From NCBI RefSeq assembly GCF_006345805.1, contig NC_043002.1:14508001-14572000 (forward strand): a stretch of DNA of 64,000 nucleotides, written 5' to 3'. The notes under the pieces were generated by a model that worked only from the letters and a program-made list of their open reading frames with translations, was not told the origin of the DNA and made no database searches. The DNA is from Octopus sinensis (lineage: Eukaryota). A program made the position numbers and the translations under genes. This document shows positions 36,754 through 49,429 of the stretch, piece after piece; the stretch's first letter is position 1, and each line of letters opens with the position of its first letter.

Positions 36754-38030
36754 TCAACGAGGAGTTTGCATATTAAGATGCGTTTTGAATTTTTCAATAA
36801 AGAGATTCTCCTTGTCAATTCTCTCCTGTGTGGTGATTCCGTCTTTACATTGGTAGAAGGGGAATATGTAAAATTTGGGATTTTTGTCTTTAGCGCATGA
36901 GTCTATGTGGCCACTCAGTGGAATTTGCCGGTATTCCGGGAGATTTATTTGTTCTTTATGGACCGCTACTCTTTTACGTAAAAGGAGGCTCGTTTGTCCA
37001 ACATAATTATGTTGGAAACCGGCGCATGTGAGAATGTAGATAAGGTTCTCGGAGAAACAGGAGAAGTTGGTCTTGATTTTAAACTTCGTTCCTTGTTTGA
37101 AGATAAATTCAGAGCCTTCAAATAGGTAGGTGCAGGTGCCTCAGTTTGGGCATGCACTTTTTCTTAACTGCTGGGGGTGGATGTGGTGTATGAAGTTTGG
37201 CATTTGTCAAAAGTTTTTTTAAAGGTTTGTGTTGCCTCTTACATTTGAGATTTTGTGTGTATTTATAATGTTTTTCATTTTTGGGTCTGTTAACAGTAGA
37301 GTGAGGTTTTGTATGATTGTGGTGTATGCTTCGGTATTTTTGGGGTTATGGGTGGAAATGTATGGAAGTATTTTGGGGTTGTGTGTGTTGTTGGGTTGGG
37401 TGGTTTTCAGTGTAATGTTGTCTAGTTCTTTGGCGCGTTTTATTCCATACTCTATAAGGGTGGAGGGATATTCGCGTTGTAATAGTGTTTTTTTGAGGTC
37501 TTGAAGGCGTATCTCTCGAGTTTTTGGATCCGAGACAATGGTGCATACCCTTTTAGCTAAGTTGAAAGGGATATTTGTCTTGGTGTGTTTGGGTGGCATG
37601 AACTAAAGAGGATGCATTTATGAGAGTCTGTAGGTTTGTGGTAGATGTCTGTTATGATTTGGTTCTTAGGTGATTTTATAATTAGGAGATCAAGGAAAGG
37701 TAGATGATGTTTGCTGAATTCCATAGTGAATTGTATGTTGGGATGTATGTTGTTCACTATGGTATTGAATTCCAGAAGCTTTTCGTAAGATTCTTTCCAT
37801 ATGATGAAACAATAATTTAAATAGCTTTTCCAGTTTTCCATTAGGTAGGTGTGGAAAACATATCCAAATTTCTGGCGTGATATCTCATAGGGTGATAGTT
37901 CGAAGAAGCCCATTATGAGGTTCGCAAGGACTGGTGCAGCCTTGTATCCATCGCAATGCCACATTTTTGACTGTAGTGTGTATTATCGAAGAGGAAATAT
38001 TTGTTTGTCAAAATCACTCAAGTTCATTTT
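36754..38030 (-). pseudogene. Penelope-like element, C-terminal RT plus GIY-YIG endonuclease remnant (5'-truncated)
   Basis: FLFDNTHYSQKCGIAM..APVLANLIMGFFE..IHPNIQFTME..LPFLDL..TDIYHKPTD..FSSCHP..NIPFNLAKRV; then NLIYILTCAGFQHNYVGQT..RKRVAVHKEQI..KENLFIEKF..LN; several frameshifts. Confidence 0.93.
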
Positions 38031-38473
38031 GTCATGACTGTCTTGTGCTTTGACTAGATTCGTTGGCTGTCATTATGAAAATGACTGGTGGCCGAAATAG
38101 CACTAGTAGCAGTGACTGTTGGTCGTAGTAGTAGTGACCATGGTGGTGGTGGTGGTTGGAGTTACATCAGTTCATTGGCTGTAGTAGTAGCAGCAGTAGC
38201 AGTGGAAGACTGTTGGACGTAATAGTAATAGTAGTGACAGTGGTGGTTGCAGTTGTAGCAGTAGTCCTTTGGCTATAGTTGTTGTCGTAGTAGTAGAAGT
38301 AGTAGTAGTAGTAGTGATCGTGGTGGTAGTGGTAGCTGGAGTTGTAGAATTCCTTTGTTCTATACACACTCACACGCATAGACACAAGCACGCGCACTTA
38401 CACACACACACACACACACACGCGCGCACGAGTATGATGCCCTAGGAAAAGTTAGATAGGTATAGCCCTGTAA

Positions 38474-38703
38474 AAAGCCAAGAGCTAGCAGAAACGTTAG
38501 CACGCCGGGCGAAATGCGTAGCCGTATTTCGTCTGCCGTTACGTTCTGCGTTCAAATTCCACCGAGGTCGACTTTGCCTTTCATCCTTTCGGGATCGATA
38601 AATCAAGTACCAGTTACGCACTGGAGTCGATATAATCGACTTAATCCATTTGTCTGTCCTTGTTTGTCCTCTCTGTGTTTAGCCCCTTGTGGGTAGTAAA
38701 GAA
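38474..38703 (+). mobile_element. Family-B SINE with 18-bp TSD
   Basis: ATAGGTATAG(C/T)CCTGTAA at 38456-38473 and 38704-38721. Confidence 0.9.
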
Positions 38704-39286
38704 ATAGGTATAGTCCTGTAAGACAGAATATATCTTCCATTTCTCTTTAAGCATTAAAGCTGCACTTCCCATTAAACTATATATCATACCTCTTTCTGGA
38801 TTTCCTGTTCGTAATGATTTCATTAAAGTAGATTATATTAGTTTACAACGAAACGAAGAGATAAATGGGGAGGTAACTCCGTAAAGTAATAGATACGGCA
38901 TTCCACTAAATAATCCGATCAGTAGATTCATTCTATTGATTGGTCATTTAGACGTATTGAGCGTACGCATATGATCTTCTTTCTTGTTATTCAACATAAG
39001 AACGCTTGAATTTAATCATGAGATATCTATTGATTATTGCTCGGTGCTGAGTGCCATATATTTGCGTAGAGTACTTAATTAGAAAATGTGGGTCATGATA
39101 TGACCGACCATTTATTTCGGATAGAGAAATCTAAACTCGACTCGAGTCTATTTATAATAAAGTTGATTGTGTATTGGGACACACATGCGTATGTGAATAT
39201 CATGTTTAGAAGTATTGAGGAATATTTCCATTGGTTGAAGTACTAAAATATTTCATCGAAATACATAAATTCAATATATATAAGTA

Positions 39287-39951
39287 TACTCTTTTACTCT
39301 TTTACTTGTTTCAGTCATTTGACTGGGGCCATGCTGGAGCACTGCCTTTAGTCGAGCAACTCGACTCCATGACATATTCTTTCTAAGCCCAGTACGTATT
39401 CTATCGGTCTCTTTTGCCGAACCGCTAAGTTACGGGTACGAAAAAACACCATCATCGGTTGTCAAGCGGCGTGATTGCAGAAACGTTAGCGCGCCGGGCG
39501 AAATGCTTTCCAGTATTTCGTCTACAGTTACGTTCTGAGTTCAAATTCCGCCGAGGTCGACTTTGCCTTTCATCCTTTCGGGGTCGATTAAATAAGTACC
39601 AGTTACGCACTGGGGTCGATATAATCGACTTAATCCGTTTGTCTGTCCTTGTTTGTCCCGTCTCTGTTTAGCCCCTTGTGGGTAGTAAAGAAATAGATTG
39701 TCAAGCGGTGTTGGGGGGGGGGACAAACACAGACACACAAAGATATACACACATATACATATATATATGTAAATATACATATATACGACGGGCTTTTTTT
39801 CAGTTTCCGTCTACCAAATCCATTCACAAAGGCTTTGGTCGGCCCGAGGCTATAGTAGAAGATATTTGCCCAAGATGCAACGCAGTGGGTCTGGACCCGG
39901 AAACATGTGGTTGATAAGCAAGTTACTTACCACACAGCCACTCCTGCGCCT
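39287..39951 (-). mobile_element. Full family-A SINE interrupted by a plus-strand family-B SINE (about 39466-39697)
   Basis: A-SINE tail at 39287 and head at 39951; TTGTCAAGCGG duplicated at 39459-39469 and 39698-39708. Confidence 0.88.
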
Positions 39952-40014
39952 ATGAATAAAAAATGTTTTTTGCGGTCTAACTTTCGTTCACTCATTATCT
40001 ATTCCTTTATTCAG

Positions 40015-40285
40015 TTATTCTTTCACCTGTTTCAGTCAATTGAGTGCCGGAGCACCATATTTGTCCGAACAACTCGACCCCATGACTTATTCTTTGTAAG
40101 CCTAGTACATATTCTATCGGTCGTCAAGTGATGATGGTGGGAAACAAACACATAGACACACATCTACAGCCACACCTATATGTATTTACGACTTGCTTCT
40201 TTCAGATTCTGTTTACCAAATTCACTTAAAAGGCTTTGGTCAGACCGAGGGTATGGTGGAAGACACTTGCCCAAAGTACCATGGA
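40015..40285 (-). mobile_element. Degenerate family-A SINE
   Basis: TGTTTCAGTCAATTGAGTGCCGGAGCACC...TTTGTAAGCCTAGTAC...GGCTTTGGTCAGACCGAGG. Confidence 0.7.
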
Positions 40286-40303
40286 TAAGTATACACACAC
40301 ACA

Positions 40304-40360
<57 letters not shown>

Positions 40361-40370
40361 GTACATATAT

Positions 40371-40712
<342 letters not shown>

Positions 40713-40750
40713 GTACATATATATATATACATATATATATACATATATAT

Positions 40751-40841
<91 letters not shown>

Positions 40842-40934
40842 ATACAAACATGAACGAAGAGAAAACACAATGACGCAAGGATGTGGAAGAAGTATAGTGT
40901 TATTGGACGCTCAGGAAAGGAGGGAAAGAAGGAG

Positions 40935-40971
40935 TATTTAACGTTTCGAGCGGAGCTCTTCGTCAGAAACA
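40935..40971 (-). ncRNA. Compact hammerhead-like motif in Penelope-type repeat (40844-41007)
   Basis: Minus strand TGTTT-CTGACGA-A-GAGC-TCC-GCTC-GAAACGTT-AAATA. Confidence 0.55.
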
Positions 40972-41438
40972 TAGGAAAAGGAAAGATCCAAGGAAGGGAA
41001 GACGGATATATGTATGTATATATATATATATATATATAGATCAGTTACAAGAATCCTTAGAATCAAGACACATCAATAAGTAGAACGCCGTGAATACTTA
41101 GTATCCAGCTCACACTAAGATAATACAACTCTTAGTTGTCGTTAGTGGGTTGTGTGTACACACACGCATACGCACGCACACACGCGCACACACACATATA
41201 ATACAAAATACAGGAATGTTTATCTCACGTTGGCCCTCTACGAGCACTCCGTAAATAGCCCATACTTTCTATAAAATAATTAGTATTATACACACACACA
41301 TACACATATATATATACATACAGTCATCAATCTACATATACATAAAATAGGGAGAGTTTACGAGAAAAAAAAAGACGAAGACAGGTGGTGTACAAAACAA
41401 ACATATGTATTATTATAACGCTCATTAATAGAAAAACT

Positions 41439-41474
41439 CTTTTACCTTTCGAGCCTACGCTCTTCTACAGAAAG
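41439..41474 (-). ncRNA. Degenerate compact hammerhead-like motif in Penelope-type repeat (about 41350-41530)
   Basis: Minus strand CTTT-CTGTAGA-A-GAGC-GTAG-GCTC-GAAAGGTA-AAAG; core A6 and the stem III palindrome are mutated. Confidence 0.4.
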
Positions 41475-41770
41475 GGACACAGAAAAAACAAGAAGAGAAA
41501 CAAGCAGAGAAAAAAACAAGGAGGGAAAGAAATATACATAAAATATACATAAATATACATAAAATATATAAATATACAAGAATACATGTTCATAAATAAA
41601 TAGGTACGAAGTCCCATATGACTAGGCAAGAAGTCACTATGCTGTGCACATATGGTGTACTCTTATCAGATGGTTTACCATGATGGGTGTAGTGGGTTTC
41701 GTATATTTGTATTTCAGAATCACTTTTATGCGGTATGCTTCTCTCTCACTCATATATAATAATGATGATA

Positions 41771-41776
41771 GTTCTA

Positions 41777-41854
<78 letters not shown>

Positions 41855-41870
41855 GTAACAACGATAATAA
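41771..41870. repeat. (AAT)n microsatellite
   Basis: Direct inspection. Confidence 0.95.
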
Positions 41871-42782
41871 TAAAATCATATTAATCTCACATTCTTAACA
41901 TTCGTTGTAAATTGGATATAAAAATATCTTGAATTTTATTATTTTTTTGTCTTCCTCCCAGAATGACGCCGTGTTAACAATCTGCCAAATGTTGATTCAT
42001 TTACGCTTTAGTTCCCGTGTCTTTCTGCATCAATAATTTCAAGACATTGCCTATACACTAGATTATCGGAACTGAACAGGATACCTAATTAAAGACCTCT
42101 GACGTACCAAAAGTTTTTCTGACATAACGCATACAAAGTTTTCTATGCGTTATACGAGACACATATTGACGTTTATAAAGAATTGCTCGTATACGAGCAC
42201 AAATAAACACACACAAATACACTTATGTACAGAGTTATATGAAGAAAATAAACTGCACACAAACGGACATATACGCTTGTATTGATCTGCTGTTGCAACA
42301 TTGCAACATATAGATAAACATACTTGTGTACATATGTGTGTGTGTGAGTGAGAGAGGGAGAGGGAGAGGGAGAGTATCTGTTTATACATGCATTTAGGTA
42401 TACACATAAGTTTCTATATGTGTGTTTAGAGTAGAACTAAGAAGGGAAGGAACAATTAATCGGTATCATGTAGTAGTGTATTAATTTAATTTGGTCGTAT
42501 GAAAGTAACCCTGGCGACAACTGGCAGTTTTACTCGCTGAATATCAAATAGTTCATTAAAAAGCCATTTCAGAATAAGATTTGATAAGAATACAAGCAAT
42601 ATTCTAAGATACAAGAACCAAAATTTTCGGGGAAGGAGCCAGTCGATTAGATCGACCCCAGTACACAACTGGTACTTAATTTATCGATCCCGAAAGAATG
42701 AAAGACAAAGTTGTCCGATGTGTTCTCCGTCTATCTAGAGCGTTACAACTTTATCTAACACCTTTATGTAAACAGCATCATT

Positions 42783-42980
42783 AGGAGGCGCAATGGCCCA
42801 GTGGTTAGGGCAGCGGACTCGCGGTCGGAGGATCGCGGTTTCGATTTCCAGACAGGGCTTTGTGTGTGTTTATTGAGCGAAAACACCTAAAGCTCCACGA
42901 TGCTCCGGCAGGGGGTGATGGCGACCCTTGTTGTACTCTTTCGCCACAACTTTCTCTCACTCTTTCTTCCTGTTTCTTGT
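42783..42980 (+). mobile_element. OR-like tRNA SINE 5' half fused to unrelated GC-richer sequence
   Basis: AGGAGGCGCAATGGCCCAGTGGTTAGGGCAGCGGACTCGCGG... homologous to 44668-45038 up to ...CTTCCTGTTTCTTGT, then diverges. Confidence 0.8.
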
Positions 42981-43902
42981 CCCCGACTTCCTACACAACC
43001 GCTGAGCCTGCATGCGCATTCATCAATCCGTCGATGCTCTCGGTGTCGGGGGTTGACCTGCTTTCTCTTCTGCGGGTCTTCCGAATAGCAAAGGACCACG
43101 TTTCGGACTTCTCCCATCTTGCGAGCTCTGAGACGAAGACCACTTCGCTCAACAGCATCATTAAATGTTAAGTCATGCAAAAAAGGGTATTTGTTTGATA
43201 TCCCCCTCGTTGCCGACAACTCGCAGAACAATCACTGTCGCTGAGAACTTAGAATGCAACAACTCAGTAACTTCATTCGGATGGCCGTTTGACCATCTAT
43301 AGTTCTTTCGACTTATTTTTTCGCCTTGATATAAGGTGTTTTCATCGGAGAAAAACTTTGCGTTTCAAATGGTTAAGCGATCACTTTGTACGGTAAGGTT
43401 CGAACGAGTATCCTCTCTCACGTCCGGCATAAATTGACGAATCTACATCACATATGACTTGTACCGAGTGTCATCATGCACAATGCTTGTGCTATGTATT
43501 CTGAAACCTTTAGATCATTTACAATGGCTCTACTTGACATGTTCTGATGGTATTAAGACTCCGTGCATGCGTTTTGTGTTTAGCTGCTGATGGTGGATCC
43601 TCTTCAATAGCTCCTAGCTCCTAATGAACTTTGACAACCAAGGATCGGGCTAATTTCAGTAATTGAGTTATATCTGCATCGCGATGCTGTGCTTTTAAGA
43701 CAAAGGTTACGGCTTCTTTTCGTTTGCTGAGACAGCCTGATGTCCGACATTATTAATATGTAAAGTAAGGTAAAAAAATAGCTTTAAAAAATGATACCTG
43801 TCCTAAAAATATTGATACATCCTTTGTGTGTGTGCATGTATGTGTATGTGTATGTGTGTGCCTGCGTGCGTGTGTGTGAGTGTGTGTGTGTTGTGTGTGT
43901 GT

Positions 43903-43958
<56 letters not shown>

Positions 43959-44252
43959 ATACATGTATATATGTAAACGATAAATAGACAAAGAGACAAA
44001 CAGATAGATAGATCGCTCGAGATTAATTTTCTGAAAATATTTCTTAGTACCTCACTACATAGTTAATATTTTGTTACCAAAACTTCAATGAACAATTTAT
44101 TTTTCCTCTTACGTTTCTTTTCCGTTGCACTTCGTACATTATCAAGTTTACCCACTGAATAGTCTCCTCGTTGGCATCTCTACTCTTTCTTCACACTTTG
44201 TATACGAATTCTACTGAAAGCGTCCTTAATTATATTATGTATTCCCTATTTC

Positions 44253-44501
44253 ACGCCCGGTCTGTGAATCGAAACCGCGATCCTATGACCGCGACTCCGC
44301 TGCCCTAACCACTGGGCCATTGCGCCTCCACACTGAACTAATATTTCATTACTCACGACAACCTTACCAGCACTGTCTCTACCTTCCTCTTCTTACCTTC
44401 TTTGTCTCCAACAATCCATTCCCCATGGATTTCCCTATTCACAGTAATCGTATAGTACACCATAACACGTTGCATAGCTAACACATTTCGACAACACACT
44501 T
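44253..44501. repeat. 249-bp duplicate of 44960-45208 flanked by a 22-bp direct repeat
   Basis: TTATATTATGTATTCCCTATTT at 44230-44251 and 44500-44521. Confidence 0.9.
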
Positions 44502-44667
44502 ATATTATGTATTCCCTATTTTAATGTGCCCCAAATTATTTTGAACATTATAGAAAACTATAGTGTATAGTGAATCACTATCGCTTATTTTAATAGAGAT
44601 AGGATACTCAAAACTCCTTATGTCATACACATTTTTGTTATGTCTACAGCGATTCAACTGAACTAAT

Positions 44668-45038
44668 TGGTTACGAAGACGAGGGTTCCGGTTGATCCGA
44701 ATCAACGGAACAGCCTGCTCGTGAAATTAACGTGTAAGTGGCGGAGCACTCCACAGATACGTGTACCCTTAACGTAGTTCTCGGGGATATTCAGCGTGAC
44801 ACAGAGAGTGACAAGGCCGGCCCTTTGAAATACAGGTACAACAGAAACAGGAAGTAAGAGTGAGAGAAAGTTGTGGTGAAAGAGTACAGCAGGGATCACC
44901 ACAATCCCCTGCCGGAGCCTCGTGGAGCTTTAGGTGTTCTCGCTCAATAAACACTCACAACGCCCGGTCTAGGAATCGAAACCGCGATCCTATGACCGCG
45001 ACTCCGCTGCTCTAACCACTGGGCCATTGCGCCTCCAC
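44668..45038 (-). mobile_element. OR-like tRNA SINE, full length
   Basis: 11-bp TSD ACTGAACTAAT at 44657-44667 and 45039-45049. Confidence 0.9.
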
Positions 45039-47482
45039 ACTGAACTAATATTTCATTACTCACGACAACCTTACCAGCACTGCCTCTACCTTCCTCTTCT
45101 TACCTTCTTTGTCTCCAACAATCCATTCCCCATGGATTTCCCTATTCACAGTAATCGTATAGTACACCATAACACGTTGCATAGCTAACACATTTCGACA
45201 ACACACTTCTTTTCTTTTAGTTCATCTTTCTCCTTTTCTATAATGAAACAAGACATCAATTATTTGTGGTAATGTAGAACATACACTCATTCATACATCA
45301 ATATTTCCCTGTTTGTTGTAGAAGTTTAGCTATCGCCACCATCTTTAATGTATATAATTGGTAGAGATAACCGTTAGTACTTTTTCTTTAAGCTGAACAA
45401 GAGACTTTCAAGTGATGTCGAAATCTGTAGTGCGTAAAGAATTCATGAACATATTATATTAACTTCATGTTTTACAAATATATGTTGCAGAAAAATTGCA
45501 CAGCTTTATTGCAAATGTTAGAAAGATTACTACGAATGCAGTGAGAATAAAAGAACATTTTGTAATGTAATCAAACAGTGATTCTGTTTTGTTCCACGAC
45601 ATTCCTACTTCATAGATTAGATTTCATGATTAATATAGAACATCTGATAGTGTATATGAACTGTAAAACTGGACGTATATTCTCACAAACGACAACTAAA
45701 ATTTTGTATGGCAATCAGTAAAATGAAGAACGTGCAAAATAGATGCAAAGCTCATCTCATATTAGAATAGGCTAGTTTAAAAAGCATTCCGACCAGCATT
45801 TACTGGGCGCCTTAGTTCGGAGTCTCAATTTTTACAACTTTAAAATAAACCGTGAAGCAGCCAGTACGGATAGAGCGTCTACTAATTATTATAAGAAGTT
45901 TTAAAATGTAGGATAGTCACTACACACCAGAACTGAGGTACATTTTTAAAACTAACACATTTTTGTAGTGTATGTTTATAAGAGCATTGTATTTAACGAA
46001 GAAAGAGGGGTGAGCCGCTGGTTTCAGATATTATATTTTCTACTTATGTAACACACCGGAAAAAATAAAGCATTCCAAGTGTTTTCAGAGTTTACGAATT
46101 TCTTCGAAGTGCATTATGGCTCTCTTTAGAATTGCACTGTGCCACGCGCGAAATAATTCTTATAAAGTTTTGCGACTTTTAGTCAAAACTCAAAAGGTGT
46201 TAATGTAATTGTGAAATATACACTACACCCATTTGAGCATGGCAGTTCCGAACGAACCAACGTTACTAAAACATTTTTATTTTGCAAAATATATCGCAAA
46301 ATATATCTGGTGCAGAGTGCATCGATAACCAGCAAAAGGAGGCGTTTTCTTGGGGTTAAAAATGGTAGTAACGCTATGTTGAAGTGGGAAGAAACATTAG
46401 TTCTTAGTGTAGTTACTACTTCCATCTCTTATAAAGATCTGTCTAGATACGTTGTTTCTTGCAAGATCAGCGGCTGATTGTCATTTATTTCTCTATATAT
46501 TGCGAGCCCGAGCGGTCTAATTCGATCCCTGAGGATCAGAAAACAATAGCGCGAAACCGTCAGGTCTGTGTGTCCTGTCAAGTCGCTAGATGGTATGGTT
46601 TCGCTCCCCTGCTTGCAGTATATATTTGGTGCAGATTGCATCGGTAATCAGCTAGAAGAGGCATCAACTCGGGGTTAAAGAATGGCAGTAACGTCTGTTC
46701 GTACGGGACGCCCATGTTAAAGTGGCGTCAAACATTACTTCTCGGTATAGTTATTCTGTTCATCTCGTATAGACATTTTCTAACTAGATACTTTGCTTGC
46801 TGAGCTCATCTTCTTTCGACGGCAAGATATATTATGACGTTCATAATATATCTTGCAATCATGTGCGAATAAAAACATTGCGTGTTTCTTACTCCCATGT
46901 GCTGTTCAAGGGCACAATTCAAACAAGGATAGAATTCAAACACTAGAGCAGCAGTTTTAAACTCAGTAATGAAATTGCACAAAACCTAAGCAAATAAAAA
47001 TCATGGTGCAAAAAAAAAAGAGTGCTGCAAAACACTTTTTTATTAATCAGAATTATATTCTCACTAGTCATGCATTCAATTAGTTTACTGAAGACCCCAG
47101 CATTTAATCTGTAAAAAAAACTGTTCTATCTCAAAAGACCACATGCAGAATTATTGATATCGAACCTGAAGTGAAGGGAGCCATTATGCAATCCAGGGAA
47201 TATAGAGATTTGAGAGCTTTTAAAATAAATGTCAGAAACCGCAAGCAGAAGAGCAAAGATGTTTCCTCATCCCAGAGTACTTGCTCAATACTCAATACAC
47301 AAAGCGAATGGCACGTGTCACTCAAAATATCCAGGATGTGAAAGTAACCTTTTCAAATGTTATTTAAAAAAGTGAAAGGTGAAATTAATCACATAGACTA
47401 TGCTTGAAAAAAAATAACGAATAGAAATAAGATAACACGAAAGAACTACTTCGGATTTTCCGCATGCCATAATTTAAAACGT

Positions 47483-47776
47483 GGAAGCAGATGGCCTAGT
47501 GGTTAGAATCGCAGTCTAAGAATCGCGGGTTTGAATCACAGACCGGGTGATGTGTCTGTTAATGAACGAAAAACCTAAGCTCCACGCGGCTCCGGCAGAA
47601 GGTAATGGTGAACTTATGCTGACTCTTTTGCCATAACTTTCTCTCACCCTTTCCTCCTGCTTCTTGCAGTTTACCTGCGACGGACTGGCGTCCCGTCTAT
47701 GTGGGGAACCTATACGCCAAGGAAATCGGAAAACCAGCCCTTATGAGCCAGGCGTGGCTCGAGAAGGAACAACAAC
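47483..47776 (+). mobile_element. tRNA-derived SINE, same family as 11331-11643
   Basis: GGAAGCAGATGGCCTAGTGG...GAGCCAGGCGTGGCTCGAGAAGGAAC; TSD ATA(A/C)TTTAAAAC. Confidence 0.85.
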
Positions 47777-48977
47777 ATACTTTAAAACAATATTTTTGAC
47801 TTAAGTAAATGCGAAAATTTTATTTAGGAATATAAAAGCAGGTTGTTGTAAATACATTGTTTGGTCATAATGAGGATTTTCTTGATACTTAACTGTAGAA
47901 GTGGATAGAGGATAATGTGAAGCTTCTCAGTGTTGTGATAAACCTTCGGTCAGTTCTTGATGCAAGAATGTAACTTCTTAACTCGTAATGTGAATATCGT
48001 TTCTAGAGACAAGGTGAGAAAACAATCTGCCCCCGTTGATATAATACAGGTTTTGAAATTCAGAAAAGTTTTGAAAATGTCCCTACCGTACGCAGAAAAG
48101 AACGGGCTGCAAACTGAAATGACGCTAGTTTGAAAACGTCGGTATATAATAATTACTATGGACTCTATCGAAACGTATTGAGTACTTTCCAGTTAACTAC
48201 AAGTCATATTAAAGTGTTTATGAAGAAATATATCAGTCTCGTGTTTGTATGTTTGCATACTTCAGTAGATTATTATCTTCAGGTATCTAGAAATGATTTA
48301 TAAATAATATCCAAGGTAACGCATTGTTTTAGTTTATGATCAAGTTCCATTTAAGTAATACGCAGCTACTTTCTGCTACACTTCTCTGCGACTGCGACTG
48401 CTTTGTCCTGCAAATACCATCACATTACGACGGCATAAAACTAACTGAAGAAACAGCTATCTACGCATTTCTGATAAATTCACACTCTTTTCTTCATTTC
48501 CCCGGGCAATAGAGATGAATTAACAATATCGATTGCGTTGTTCTTGAATAGAAAGACTCAATAAATTTAATCTCCGTTTAATAGGACTTTATATTTCATC
48601 AGAGACACTTCTCTATTCATTGTGTATATTGCCAAGAGTAAATTGCACAAACAGTGATATTTTGAATGAGATCCTCTATAATGAGTGACAAAATATTTTA
48701 TATAATTTCTTGAAATAATTGCTATAACACACACACACAGAAACACACACACACACACACAAACATACACACAGAAACACATTCACACATTCGCACAGGA
48801 ACGGACGCACAAACACAATTACACAGACGCAAACAGAGACACGCACAGACACAGACACACATATACACGAACGTACACGTAGGAAGACACAAAAACTGGA
48901 TTGAAACATAAGATATTTGCATATATAAATATATATGTATGTTTACGTTTATGTATATACACATATATTACTATTAA

Positions 48978-49009
48978 TTCTTCTTCTTCTTCTTCTTTTT
49001 CTTCTTCTT

Positions 49010-49080
<71 letters not shown>
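48978..49080. repeat. (TTC)n(TTA)n compound microsatellite
   Basis: Direct inspection. Confidence 0.95.
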
Positions 49081-49429
49081 CTTTATTATTCAGTGTTGTG
49101 GCAGAATAGTTAAAGCGTCAGATATAATACTAAGAGTAATTTCCTCCGACTCATTAAAGAAAATGACCTTAAATGTTTGTGCAGGCAACATTTCGACTTA
49201 AATTCCTTCCACGCAGTTTTGGATGTCGGACTGTCCATGGACGTTCCGCTACCATATAAGCATTTCATGAAAAAAAAATCATATAGGAAAGTTTATCCGT
49301 GATTATTGTCAGGAAACCGTTCAATTTTTGTTGAAACGGGCGGTGCGAGTGGTGTCCAAGAACTTCTTACTTGAGTTAAAATACTGAAATAAAATATTAT
49401 ATATATGTGTGTGTGTGTGAGTATACACA

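Noticed and set aside
47108-47341. 77-codon open plus-strand frame (…IIDIEPEVKGAIMQSREYRDLRAFK…)
   Set aside because: No recognisable homology and weak splice signals
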